A program made the translations under genes and the position numbers. A stretch of 64,000 nucleotides of DNA from Candidatus Bathyarchaeia archaeon (GTDB taxonomy: Archaea > Thermoproteota > Bathyarchaeia > Bathyarchaeales > Bathycorpusculaceae): contig JBEKOM010000008.1 of NCBI GenBank assembly GCA_049521795.1, positions 19,702 to 83,701 of the forward strand, given 5' to 3'. Below are positions 40,882-49,491 of the stretch, piece after piece. Position 1 is the first letter of the stretch; every line of letters begins with the position of its first letter. Under the pieces are notes generated by a model. The model made no database searches. It was not told the DNA's origin and was given only the letters and a program-made list of their open reading frames with translations.

Positions 40882-41210
40882 ATTTCTTTCTCCAAGATTA
40901 CCTTTAATGTGTATATTACCATATAAATAATAGATGGTGCTGCCGCGAACACGAGGAAGACGCTTAAATAGAATATCGAGGTGCGCGAATCTTCAAGTTG
41001 TGGCGATGCACCAAAGATGGAAATGAAGGAAGCCAAAAATAGGCTGAAAATTGTCCAAGGAGAATTGCGTAGAATTTGCCGACGCACCGCCCGGAATTCT
41101 CTTAATTGCTCTCCGAGAGCTAAAGAAAGAAAAACCAGAACTAATGATGCACTGGTCATGCAAAGCCCAGCTAATCCAATTAAAGTTGCCGAGTCGATCA
41201 AACCGATCAC
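40878..41210 (-). CDS. Small three-TM membrane protein
   Basis: Three hydrophobic segments; GTGA and ATGA overlaps with both neighbours. Confidence 0.7.
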   Translation of the reverse strand: MIGLIDSATLIGLAGLCMTSASLVLVFLSLALGEQLREFRAVRRQILRNSPWTIFSLFLASFISIFGASPQLEDSRTSIFYLSVFLVFAAAPSIIYMVIYTLKVILEKEI

Positions 41211-42352
41211 ATCTTGTCTAGGTGCTTGATGTCATCCAGAAGAAGAGAGCGGTCTTTTTCGCTTGCGGTTTCTGGGGGGCCTCCTATTTCAGATATGACG
41301 GTTGGACACCTATTTTCTAATGCTGTGGACACTTCAGTGCGCACTCTGTCTGCGTGTTTATTGTCTGTGATTATGAATACGCTCGGCCCTGTATCGATAG
41401 AATAGTGAACTGGAAAATGAGCTTCTCTTAACTTGCTTACGAGGTGAATAATAGATACTGTCTCAGGCATCCAGACTAATGCTCCGCATTGCAATAATAG
41501 GCTGTGGAAAAATCTTGTATCGGATTCAGCCATCTCTCCTATTTTGAAAACATCTCTATTTTCAACATGGTTGACAAGTTCAAAGACGTGTTGTGCTTTA
41601 TTCGTAGCCCATTTTTCATAGAAGGGAGATGATAAAGCTCTCCTGTGCATTTCTTCAGTGGTAATTCCTAAGGGCAATGGCACCACAACCATTTTTAAAG
41701 GCAGTTCGCCGTCATCGATTCTTACCGAATAAGATTCCTCGGGAGCTATACCCTCATATGAAAACCATAGAGCAACACCTCCAGCAGCGGATCTTGATGC
41801 AGACCCAGCGAATAATCGTGCATAAGTAGAGACAAGCCTGGATTTCCTGCTCATTTCTTCCCCATAGGCGGCCGATATAATCGCCTTAGCGAGAGCAGCT
41901 CCAGCTGCAGCGGAAGTGCCAAGTCCCTTGGCATCAGACCCATTTTGAAACCTATTTCTTGATGCAATTAGCACTTTTGTCTTTATACCAGTATCGTTTC
42001 GAAAACATCGGATTACCTTAGACGCCCTTGTGAGACTTTTGTCAATTTGTTTCCCATTCACGATAAAAAGATCATCTTCTAGACGCCTGTCAAACTTCAC
42101 ATAGGTGATTGTTTGCATAACCTTGTGGCAAACTGAAACTGACGGGAAATACGCTAATCGTAGTTCACTATCAGACATTCCTAGATACTTCTCTAATCCT
42201 AAAATAGGATAGGCAGTGGCTGTGGCTTCTCCCTCAATTTTCTCTTCTTTTGGTAGCTTCGGTTTTTCTTCTAATTTCCCTTGCTGTTTGAGATAAGCAC
42301 GTATCTTTTCTGTTTCTTCTTTCAGTTTCTGAACAATTGATGCGTCAATCAT
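41207..42352 (-). CDS. Diphosphomevalonate decarboxylase homologue, mevalonate-3,5-bisphosphate decarboxylase-like
   Basis: N-terminal extension, AYPILGLEKYLG (Lys kept), PSVS, AKGLGTSAAAGAA, YARLFAGSASRS, LWFSYEGI, IDTGPS (catalytic Asp kept). Confidence 0.8.
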   Translation of the reverse strand: MIDASIVQKLKEETEKIRAYLKQQGKLEEKPKLPKEEKIEGEATATAYPILGLEKYLGMSDSELRLAYFPSVSVCHKVMQTITYVKFDRRLEDDLFIVNGKQIDKSLTRASKVIRCFRNDTGIKTKVLIASRNRFQNGSDAKGLGTSAAAGAALAKAIISAAYGEEMSRKSRLVSTYARLFAGSASRSAAGGVALWFSYEGIAPEESYSVRIDDGELPLKMVVVPLPLGITTEEMHRRALSSPFYEKWATNKAQHVFELVNHVENRDVFKIGEMAESDTRFFHSLLLQCGALVWMPETVSIIHLVSKLREAHFPVHYSIDTGPSVFIITDNKHADRVRTEVSTALENRCPTVISEIGGPPETASEKDRSLLLDDIKHLDKM

Positions 42353-42362
42353 TCCAGTTTTC

Positions 42363-43202
42363 TCATTCTGCAACCTTCTCTGCCTCTCCTACTAACACTC
42401 TAACTCTATCGAACGCTATGTCTAAACATTCGTCAACTACCTTATCGAAATCATCGTTGGAGATTATTGGGATTCCATTCTCTCGAGCTAAACTAACAAG
42501 ATGATTTTGTATGACTCGTATTTCATTAAACACGGGGATGAATCTCTCCGCATCTCGTCGGATGTGTGTAGAAGACTTCCGCAAAAGAAGACGTTCCCTA
42601 TGTACCTTAGGATCTCTTACTTCTAACATCATGGGTATGACGCTTTTATTTTGAAAGGCAGTGCTCCCACATAGTTTTTGTGTCAAGTAAAGGCTCTCAA
42701 TAGCTACGCTTTCTCCATCTCGCAAGCATCTTTCTAGCAGTCGTTCTATTGCATCGGCAATGCACTTTGAATGCTCTTCATATGCTTTTATGATATTGTG
42801 TTCTGTTGGTTTTTTGTACTTCACCCTCCAACATTCATATACACTACTGAAGAAAAGCGGATACTGCTCTTCAGGCACAACACTTCTCAAGCACTCTCTG
42901 ATGGCGTCAGCCCCTATTGTGTTTCGCAGTCCCATTCTAAACGCCAACTCTGCTGTGACACTTGTTTTCCCGGATGCATGGCCACCTATTACTAGAAGTA
43001 TTATCGGATCTGTCAATTTGCCTGATTTGACAAGGTCATGGTACCTCAAGAACAGTTCAAATCTACTCGCATATTTTGGCGAAAGCTTTGCGAGATTCCG
43101 GATAATGTCGTTGGAATTTGAACTATGGGTTGAGATTTTGCAAGCTTGCTTGAGATCGAGTCCTGTTGAAAAGATGGCCAACTCTTTGACATCAAGAAAC
43201 AT
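42363..43202 (-). CDS. 2-phosphoglycerate-kinase-family P-loop kinase, probable mevalonate-3-phosphate-5-kinase
   Basis: GGHASGKTS Walker A, AELAFRMG, DAIRECLR, SSVYECW, IES, IQNHL; lies between two decarboxylase-fold genes. Confidence 0.8.
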   Translation of the reverse strand: MFLDVKELAIFSTGLDLKQACKISTHSSNSNDIIRNLAKLSPKYASRFELFLRYHDLVKSGKLTDPIILLVIGGHASGKTSVTAELAFRMGLRNTIGADAIRECLRSVVPEEQYPLFFSSVYECWRVKYKKPTEHNIIKAYEEHSKCIADAIERLLERCLRDGESVAIESLYLTQKLCGSTAFQNKSVIPMMLEVRDPKVHRERLLLRKSSTHIRRDAERFIPVFNEIRVIQNHLVSLARENGIPIISNDDFDKVVDECLDIAFDRVRVLVGEAEKVAE

Positions 43203-43223
43203 AGACTTGGCCTCTCAATGAAT

Positions 43224-44210
43224 CTAATTTTGAACGATTGAAGCTGGACCAGCAACCTTGTATTCAACAGCAGGAAAACGTTTTGTTAATTCCTTGAATA
43301 TTTCTCTTGAATCTTTCTTCAAACACAATACGTTTACTGCACTACCACCGGTGATAATAAAATACGCCTGATGCCCATTTTCTCTTAACTGTCTAACGTA
43401 GTTTAGGGCTTCAAACATCTGATCTTTGATAACTCGCAACCCGCACCATTCGAGCAAGTAATGAAAATTCATTGTGTCTTGTTCCGCAATTTGCATAATC
43501 CTAATAATATCTCTCTTTTTAGCGGCCTCTTTCAATTCTTCAACCATTTTTGATCTGCTTGCAACCCGCTGTGGAAAGTCTGGGTGTTTCACGATAGCTT
43601 GATGAATTTCGTCAGAGCTGTGTCGATTGATTCCTTTAAAGCCTATTACGAAAATCGAGAGATCTTGAAGCTGTTCATTGCTCAATAGTAAACTTGCGTG
43701 GCAATTATCAGAGATTATTTCGGTCAAAGATAATCCTCCTAAAAGGCTTCGGTAAACGCTTTCAGACCCTTGTCTAGCAATATCAGTCACCTTTGCATCT
43801 AGTTTGAGGTCGAACATGTTAGAAACCGCGAGCGCTAGAGCACAAGCACCGGAATCTGAGCTACCCGAGATAATGCCAAAATTGCGTGAAGTGATTTTTA
43901 ATCCCACTCTTAGCCCTGCAAGGTCTTGTAGTGCCAACACCATTTTTTTCATGTCATCTATGCGTTTGTTGTCAAGGTTTTTGCGGATTTCTTTCCCTTC
44001 AGCGACATCAACTATACCAAGCTGGATTTCATTTTTTTGGGGAAGTTGCTCCACAAGGGTCTCGGTTCTTACATATTCACGATCATCAGTAACTGAAATG
44101 CCTGCGTTGGAATACGCTGGAACTCTTCTGTCCCAATCCTTCAGGCCACCCAAAAGCAAAACTCCAATTGCCGGGTATGCCCTCGCAAGCACTTTTTCTT
44201 TCATTTTCAT
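43224..44210 (-). CDS. Mevalonate-3-kinase-like GHMP protein
   Basis: AYPAIGVLLLGG, SNAGI, SRNFGIISGSSDSGA, SESVYRSLLGGL, SDEIHQ, AEQDT..FH, ITGGS (Thr replacing the decarboxylase Asp), matching my recollection of Thermoplasma M3K. Confidence 0.85.
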   Translation of the reverse strand: MKMKEKVLARAYPAIGVLLLGGLKDWDRRVPAYSNAGISVTDDREYVRTETLVEQLPQKNEIQLGIVDVAEGKEIRKNLDNKRIDDMKKMVLALQDLAGLRVGLKITSRNFGIISGSSDSGACALALAVSNMFDLKLDAKVTDIARQGSESVYRSLLGGLSLTEIISDNCHASLLLSNEQLQDLSIFVIGFKGINRHSSDEIHQAIVKHPDFPQRVASRSKMVEELKEAAKKRDIIRIMQIAEQDTMNFHYLLEWCGLRVIKDQMFEALNYVRQLRENGHQAYFIITGGSAVNVLCLKKDSREIFKELTKRFPAVEYKVAGPASIVQN

Positions 44211-44258
44211 TCCCAACTGAAATGACGTTAAGTGGTTGTTCTTAATTGCTAATTTGCA

Positions 44259-44266
44259 TATATAAA
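44259..44266 (-). promoter_or_regulatory. Probable TATA box of the mevalonate operon
   Basis: TTTATATA on the minus strand about 50 nt upstream of ATG 44210. Confidence 0.5.
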
Positions 44267-44461
44267 AGATTTGTATTAATAGGCTAAAATCGAAGCATGT
44301 TTTGAGCTTGTTTTTGCTGGACAAGCCTGATTCAAGAGTCGTCAGCATAAGTGAGAATTTGAATGCACGTTTACTTGTAGCGCGGCTCGGCAGCGCCGGA
44401 GAGATTCGAATTCTCGTCGCGCTCTTATGATGGGCTGACTTCTACTAGTAAACTGGTGCTG

Positions 44462-44481
44462 AAATCCCACTCCCGGCGCCA
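44462..44481 (+). repeat. attR: displaced tRNA-Ser 3' end including CCA
   Basis: AAATCCCACTCCCGGCGCCA; 17/18 match to the tRNA 3' end. Confidence 0.85.
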
Positions 44482-44537
44482 ACAAACCTCTGGTGCTTCT
44501 CGAACTTTAGTTTCATTTTCTCTTCGTGGCAAGCGAA

Positions 44538-46043
44538 TTAAGGATTTAGACTTGCTGTTGGCTTGAACTCTGGTGGTTTGCGAACTTTCGTTGCTTGCTC
44601 AAGCGCGTAGGCCAACTTGATGAGTGTGGGTTCTTGCCATGCTTTGGCAAAGAATGAAATGCCGATTGGCAGACCGAAGATGTGTCCCGCGGGCACGGTT
44701 ATGTGTGGGTACCCTGCTACTGCGGCAGGTGACGTACAATCCATGTCCCAATTGGTGGCATCGCCGTTGATCAAGTCTATGGTCCACGATGGACCACCTG
44801 ATGGCACGACGATTGCGTCCAGTTTGTATTTTCGCATGGTCGCATCGATGCCTTCTTTGCGTGTCAGACGACGATTCTTTGCGAGTGAATCGAGGTACTT
44901 TTTGTAATGCAGTGAGCCCTTTTTTTGCGCGGTTTCCATGTGTTCCTGTCCAAAATATGGCATCACACGGTCTTTGTTTTCCTCGTTGAACTTGATGACT
45001 TCGGCCAGCGTTTTCACGCGGGCTTTCGTGCTCGCGAGATATTTGTTCAAATCTGCCTTGAACTCGTAATGCAAAACCTCCAGCTCGGTCTTGCCGAATT
45101 TTTTGAAGTTCGGTACATCGGCTGGGTCAACAATTACCGCTCCCATCTGCTTCATCACGTCAAGGCACGACTCAAAAATCGTTATGATGCGTTTATCAGT
45201 ACCAACCATTTTTCTTGCAACGCCAATCCGCGCGCCCTTGAGGCCGTTCTTATCAAGGAACTGAGTGTAGTCTTCGAACGCTCGCTTCTTGCTAAGCCTT
45301 GTAGCTGAATCCTCTTCATCAACTCCCGTGAGTGCCCCGAGCAGAATCACCGCATCCGCGACAGTGCGCGCCATGGGACCAGCCGTATCTTGACTGTGGG
45401 CGATAGGAATTATTCCGCTTCGACTCCACAGGCCAAGCGTAGGTTTGATTCCCACAATGCCATTCGTTTGACTCGGGCAAATGAGCGAGCCATCGGTCTC
45501 TGTGCCAATCGCAGCTGCGCAAAGGTTTGCGGCTACGGCCGCACCCGAACCTGAGGACGAACCGCAAGCGGAACGGTCAAGCGCGTAAGGGTTACGTGTG
45601 AGTCCGCCGCGAGACGACCAACCACTGATAGAGTGCTTGCCTCGAAAATTCGCCCATTCGCTCAAGTTGGTCTTGCCCAAAATCACTGCTCCTGCTGAGC
45701 GCAATTTCTTGACTATGAACGCGTCGTGGGGTGCGATGTGTCCTGCGAGCGCAAGCGAACCCGCTGTCGTCTGCATTCGATCATGTGTGTCGATGTTGTC
45801 TTTGATTAGGATAGGAATACCATGGAGTAGACTACGCGTTTTGCCGTGGTGTCGCTCATTGTCAAGGGATGATGCGATAGCTAGAGCGTCGGGGTTCGTT
45901 TCTATGACGGCGTTCACCTTTGGGCCGTTCCTGTCTACCGCATCAATTCGATCTAGATAAAGCTCAACGAGACGACGCGATGTCAACTCGCCTGTGTTCA
46001 TCATCGATTGCAATTCAGAAATCGTCCATTCTCGCAAAGTCAT
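44538..46043 (-). CDS. Amidase-signature family enzyme
   Basis: LHGIPILIKDNI, GKTNLSEW, GSSSGSG, GTETDGS. Confidence 0.93.
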   Translation of the reverse strand: MTLREWTISELQSMMNTGELTSRRLVELYLDRIDAVDRNGPKVNAVIETNPDALAIASSLDNERHHGKTRSLLHGIPILIKDNIDTHDRMQTTAGSLALAGHIAPHDAFIVKKLRSAGAVILGKTNLSEWANFRGKHSISGWSSRGGLTRNPYALDRSACGSSSGSGAAVAANLCAAAIGTETDGSLICPSQTNGIVGIKPTLGLWSRSGIIPIAHSQDTAGPMARTVADAVILLGALTGVDEEDSATRLSKKRAFEDYTQFLDKNGLKGARIGVARKMVGTDKRIITIFESCLDVMKQMGAVIVDPADVPNFKKFGKTELEVLHYEFKADLNKYLASTKARVKTLAEVIKFNEENKDRVMPYFGQEHMETAQKKGSLHYKKYLDSLAKNRRLTRKEGIDATMRKYKLDAIVVPSGGPSWTIDLINGDATNWDMDCTSPAAVAGYPHITVPAGHIFGLPIGISFFAKAWQEPTLIKLAYALEQATKVRKPPEFKPTASLNP

Positions 46044-46290
46044 CGTTCTCTACCTGTGACGTTGTGTTCCGACTGAGTTTACAAACTGTTGTAATTGCTT
46101 ATAAGGTGGGACCAGAGGGCCCTTCAAGATGTGGCTACAGGCTCAACTGACATTGAGTGGCTACTGTATTGCCTTTCAAAGATTGTTCCTTTTGATTGTT
46201 TCTCCTCTTGCCTGAACTGTCGTGTTGGACGGGCTATTTCCGATGGCCAGCTCGCAAACGTATTGTTTCATTAAAGAAGGGCGCGCGTTT

Positions 46291-47421
46291 TCACTCAAGG
46301 ACAAAGATGTTCCGTTTTCGGCCCATGTCCTTAAGTATCTTTGGCCAAACGGTGACGCTGACCTCGCCCAGATGTGCTTTCTTGAGTATTGCCATCTGTG
46401 TGCGCGATTGTCCGATGCCGCCTCCGATGCTGAGTGGGATCTCATTCTTCATTATGGCCTGGTGGTACGGGTACTTGAGAAAGTCAAGCTGGCCTGACAT
46501 CTCTAGCTGTTTCTTGAGCGTTTCTGGGTTGACGCGTATGCCCATTGATGTTAGTTCGTGGCGGCGCTTTGTCACAGGGTTCCAGACGAGTATGTCACCG
46601 TTGAGGCCGTGCATCGGTTTGCCGTCCTTCGACTTCGTCTCCGTGACCCAATCGTCGTAGTCTGCTGCCCTCATTTCGTGTGGGTAGCCGTCTTTGAGGG
46701 GCCATCCGATTCCGTAGATGAAGATCCCTGGGTACTCTTGCAGAATCTTTGTCTCCCGCTGCTTGCGCGGTAGATTTGGGTACTTGTCAAGGATATCCTC
46801 AGCGTGTAGAAACGTGAGTTTGTCGGGGAGGTCCGGATACTTGTCCGTCTTCAGCTGGGGATAGAGTTTCTGGACGTGTTTCTCAGCGCCCTTGATGACT
46901 CTCCAGATCTTCTCAACGGTTTCTTTTAAGTACTTGAGGTTGCGCTCCTTCTCAGTTATCGCCTTTTCCCAGTCCCACTGGTCCACGTATGCGCTGTGAT
47001 CGTGGTCGAGGAAGTAATCCTTGCGCACGGCGCGCATGTCGGTGCACAAGCCTTCTCCAGGCTTCATTCCGAACTCTTTCAGGGCCATGCGTTTCCACTT
47101 CGTAGCGGCTTGAACTATTTGAGCGTCAACAGGGTGCTTGTCATAATCGTTTGAAATGTGGAACTGGATCGGCGTGCGCGAACCATCACGGTCTAAGAGG
47201 TCGTTGATGCCGCTCTCCACGTCCACGATAAGTGGAACCTGAACCATTACCAGATTAAGCTCTTTGCACAGGTTTTCTTCAATGTAGGTCTTTATGGCAA
47301 AGATCGCTTTCTGCGTATCCTTCGGATTCAAAATGGAGTGGTAGTCGTTTGGCAGAATCTTCTCCAAATCCTCGTAGGTGCCGATGCCCGGACCCGCCAA
47401 GTCCGCTTTTTTGTCCGACAT
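46291..47421 (-). CDS. asnA: Aspartate--ammonia ligase
   Basis: KWKRMAL, HSAYVDQWDWEK, RAADYDDW, ELTSMGIRV, IGGGIGQSR, HLGEV. Confidence 0.95.
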   Translation of the reverse strand: MSDKKADLAGPGIGTYEDLEKILPNDYHSILNPKDTQKAIFAIKTYIEENLCKELNLVMVQVPLIVDVESGINDLLDRDGSRTPIQFHISNDYDKHPVDAQIVQAATKWKRMALKEFGMKPGEGLCTDMRAVRKDYFLDHDHSAYVDQWDWEKAITEKERNLKYLKETVEKIWRVIKGAEKHVQKLYPQLKTDKYPDLPDKLTFLHAEDILDKYPNLPRKQRETKILQEYPGIFIYGIGWPLKDGYPHEMRAADYDDWVTETKSKDGKPMHGLNGDILVWNPVTKRRHELTSMGIRVNPETLKKQLEMSGQLDFLKYPYHQAIMKNEIPLSIGGGIGQSRTQMAILKKAHLGEVSVTVWPKILKDMGRKRNIFVLE

Positions 47422-47495
47422 GAAAATCACACACGCATCGCATAATTAAAACCGCCATATAAATTTTCAGTAAGAGCGCCTGCCTATCTGCTATT

Positions 47496-47574
47496 GGCAT
47501 TCAACGACGATGGGGACTAAACGCTGGGGTGACATCTCAGTTGCGGCGAGGAGTCAAATCCCTCATGGATGCCA
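47496..47574 (+). pseudogene. Degenerate tRNA-like cloverleaf, anticodon GAC (Val)
   Basis: GGCATTCA/TGGATGCC acceptor, CTGGG-GTGACAT-CTCAG anticodon arm, GAGGA-GTCAAAT-CCCTC T-like arm; poor D arm. Confidence 0.45.
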
Positions 47575-47682
47575 TCAATACTATCTTTGACCGCTGCAGG
47601 GAGGGTTGATCTTCACCCGCGTTAAATGGGCTTTCCTTCTAGCACTTCGGTCATTCGTTCAGGTAATCTATAGCGAGCACGT

Positions 47683-49491
47683 TTAGGTTGGGAATCGAAT
47701 GAATTCGTTGTTATTTGAGTTGACTACTATCGCTACTGTCACGCCTATCGGCAGTTTTTCGATTCTGCTGACTGTTGTGAAGTCTAGGTTTTGCGTGTAA
47801 GCAACGTAGTCGGTTTGGTTAATCGTTAGAACGTAGATGGTGTTGCCGTTGTTGACGTATGAGAATTTGTCGGTTAGTGTTCCGGTTATCGTCGTCTCGT
47901 TTGAGGGTTGAACTGTTCCTGCTTCGAACCTGTTTTTCGCCTCTTTGACGAGGTCTGTGCCTTGGTATGTTTTGCCGTTTTCGCTGGTCATAACGATTGC
48001 ATAGTGGTCTAGGTTCACGGCGTCAACGATTCCGAGGCCGGCAAGTTTGAGGGTTTCTTGTGCTGAGGTGGATTCGCCTTGTGCAGTGCGCCAATATACA
48101 GGAACGAACCAGGCGTTTTCGCCGTTAATCGGGTATATCAGTGGCATTTCTGCTTCGTAAGCGCCTGTGGTGGGTTTTAGGATGTGGGATTCGATGACGT
48201 TCTGCGCCTGTAGGCCGCTCTTGATGTCTAGGCCTGTGGTGTCATAATACTCTATTCCACTAGCCGATGTTTTGAACATTCCAGCCATCGTCTGCGCTTC
48301 GCCGACGAAGTCGACAGGGACCAGCGCGGTTATCCTGTTTGTGTCGGGGTCAACGATCCATCGGAGGTCATCTGAAATTTCCACCCTGTTGGTTGATGCA
48401 GGTATCCACCCGAAGCCCCCTGCGAAGATGTCGAAGCCGCTTCCTCTCCTAGTGGCACCCCATATACTGATCATGGTCTTCAGCCAGCCTTCATCGTAGC
48501 GTTGGGTGACCCAGTCGGGGATCTGGTTCATGCTATAGGAGTTTTCAACTTGGCCGAACTCGTTGTACACGTACACTCCTTTGGGTTGTGCGACGAACGT
48601 CCATTGTTGAACTTGCGTAGCTGTCAGGACGTATTTCCAGTTGCCGTTGTCGTCGGGTGTCAGAGTAGCTCTGCCGTAGGCGTCGGCAGTAGATAGTCCC
48701 CAATAGGCGTTTCCCTGTATGTTCCCCGTGTAGAAAAGTGGGAAATACACGAGCCCTTCGGCGACTTTGAAAGGTTTGTCGATGATCCCGACGTCGAGTT
48801 CCGGGTTGTTTGCATCGACGATCACGAGTCCCTTGATGGTATTGTCACCATACAGATTTTGCGGGATCATCGTCACCACCCAGACAAGGCGGCCCTGGTA
48901 TATGGTTATGTGTGCTGATCCTACCCTTACGCTTCCAAAGTGGGCAGCACTTCTCAGTGCGATGCTCTTCGCCAATTCTTCAGTCGTCAACCGAAGCATG
49001 TTGTTGGGAATTTCATTCTGGAACAGCGGTGTTCCCGCAGGTTCGAACGTCACCACCCGGTTGAAAGAACTTGCATTGTTGACTCTCGACGCGGCTTGGG
49101 TCTGCCATAACATGACGGCTGAAAAAACGATAATAGCTATCATTGCAATAGCGGTCAGCCATCTGTATTCTTCCTTTCTGTTCCCTCGACCAAACATCGA
49201 CCTGAATCTTCTGTTCTCGTATTTTTCATACATGGACCGCTCCTCGTGGTCAGATAATCTGTAGATGTTCAAATAGGCGAACAGCCACTCTCCTAACGTG
49301 ATGAACAGTTTGAGAAATATGAGCCAGAGAACCATGTAGACATCGATGGTGACGGCTGCAATGGCGATCAATCCGAATAGCGCGCCACCAAGGCCGAGCA
49401 GCAGGTATCGCAACTTGCTCTTAATCCAGTGCTCAGTCATGGGAAACACGAACACAATTATCCATATCACCCACCATAACAATGGAAACAT
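47683..49491 (-). CDS. Membrane protein with N-terminal TM helices and a large extracellular domain
   Basis: 602-aa ORF, GGAG upstream, about four TMs then a beta-rich domain. Confidence 0.8.
   Translation of the reverse strand: MFPLLWWVIWIIVFVFPMTEHWIKSKLRYLLLGLGGALFGLIAIAAVTIDVYMVLWLIFLKLFITLGEWLFAYLNIYRLSDHEERSMYEKYENRRFRSMFGRGNRKEEYRWLTAIAMIAIIVFSAVMLWQTQAASRVNNASSFNRVVTFEPAGTPLFQNEIPNNMLRLTTEELAKSIALRSAAHFGSVRVGSAHITIYQGRLVWVVTMIPQNLYGDNTIKGLVIVDANNPELDVGIIDKPFKVAEGLVYFPLFYTGNIQGNAYWGLSTADAYGRATLTPDDNGNWKYVLTATQVQQWTFVAQPKGVYVYNEFGQVENSYSMNQIPDWVTQRYDEGWLKTMISIWGATRRGSGFDIFAGGFGWIPASTNRVEISDDLRWIVDPDTNRITALVPVDFVGEAQTMAGMFKTSASGIEYYDTTGLDIKSGLQAQNVIESHILKPTTGAYEAEMPLIYPINGENAWFVPVYWRTAQGESTSAQETLKLAGLGIVDAVNLDHYAIVMTSENGKTYQGTDLVKEAKNRFEAGTVQPSNETTITGTLTDKFSYVNNGNTIYVLTINQTDYVAYTQNLDFTTVSRIEKLPIGVTVAIVVNSNNNEFIRFPT

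Larger units (their letters stand above)
32353..44479. mobile_element. tRNA-Ser-integrated genomic island (~12.1 kb)
   Basis: Direct repeat AAATCCCAC(C/T)CCCGGCGC at 32353-32370 and 44462-44479; integrase next to the tRNA; visibly AT-richer than the flanks. Confidence 0.88.

Noticed and set aside
42363-43202. True 2-phosphoglycerate kinase for cyclic 2,3-diphosphoglycerate synthesis
   Set aside because: No cDPG synthetase is nearby, and its position between M3K-like and BMD-like genes favours M3P5K. Not formally excluded.
32353-44479. Island as a provirus or conjugative plasmid
   Set aside because: No capsid, packaging ATPase, replication or type IV secretion genes are recognisable between the att sites.
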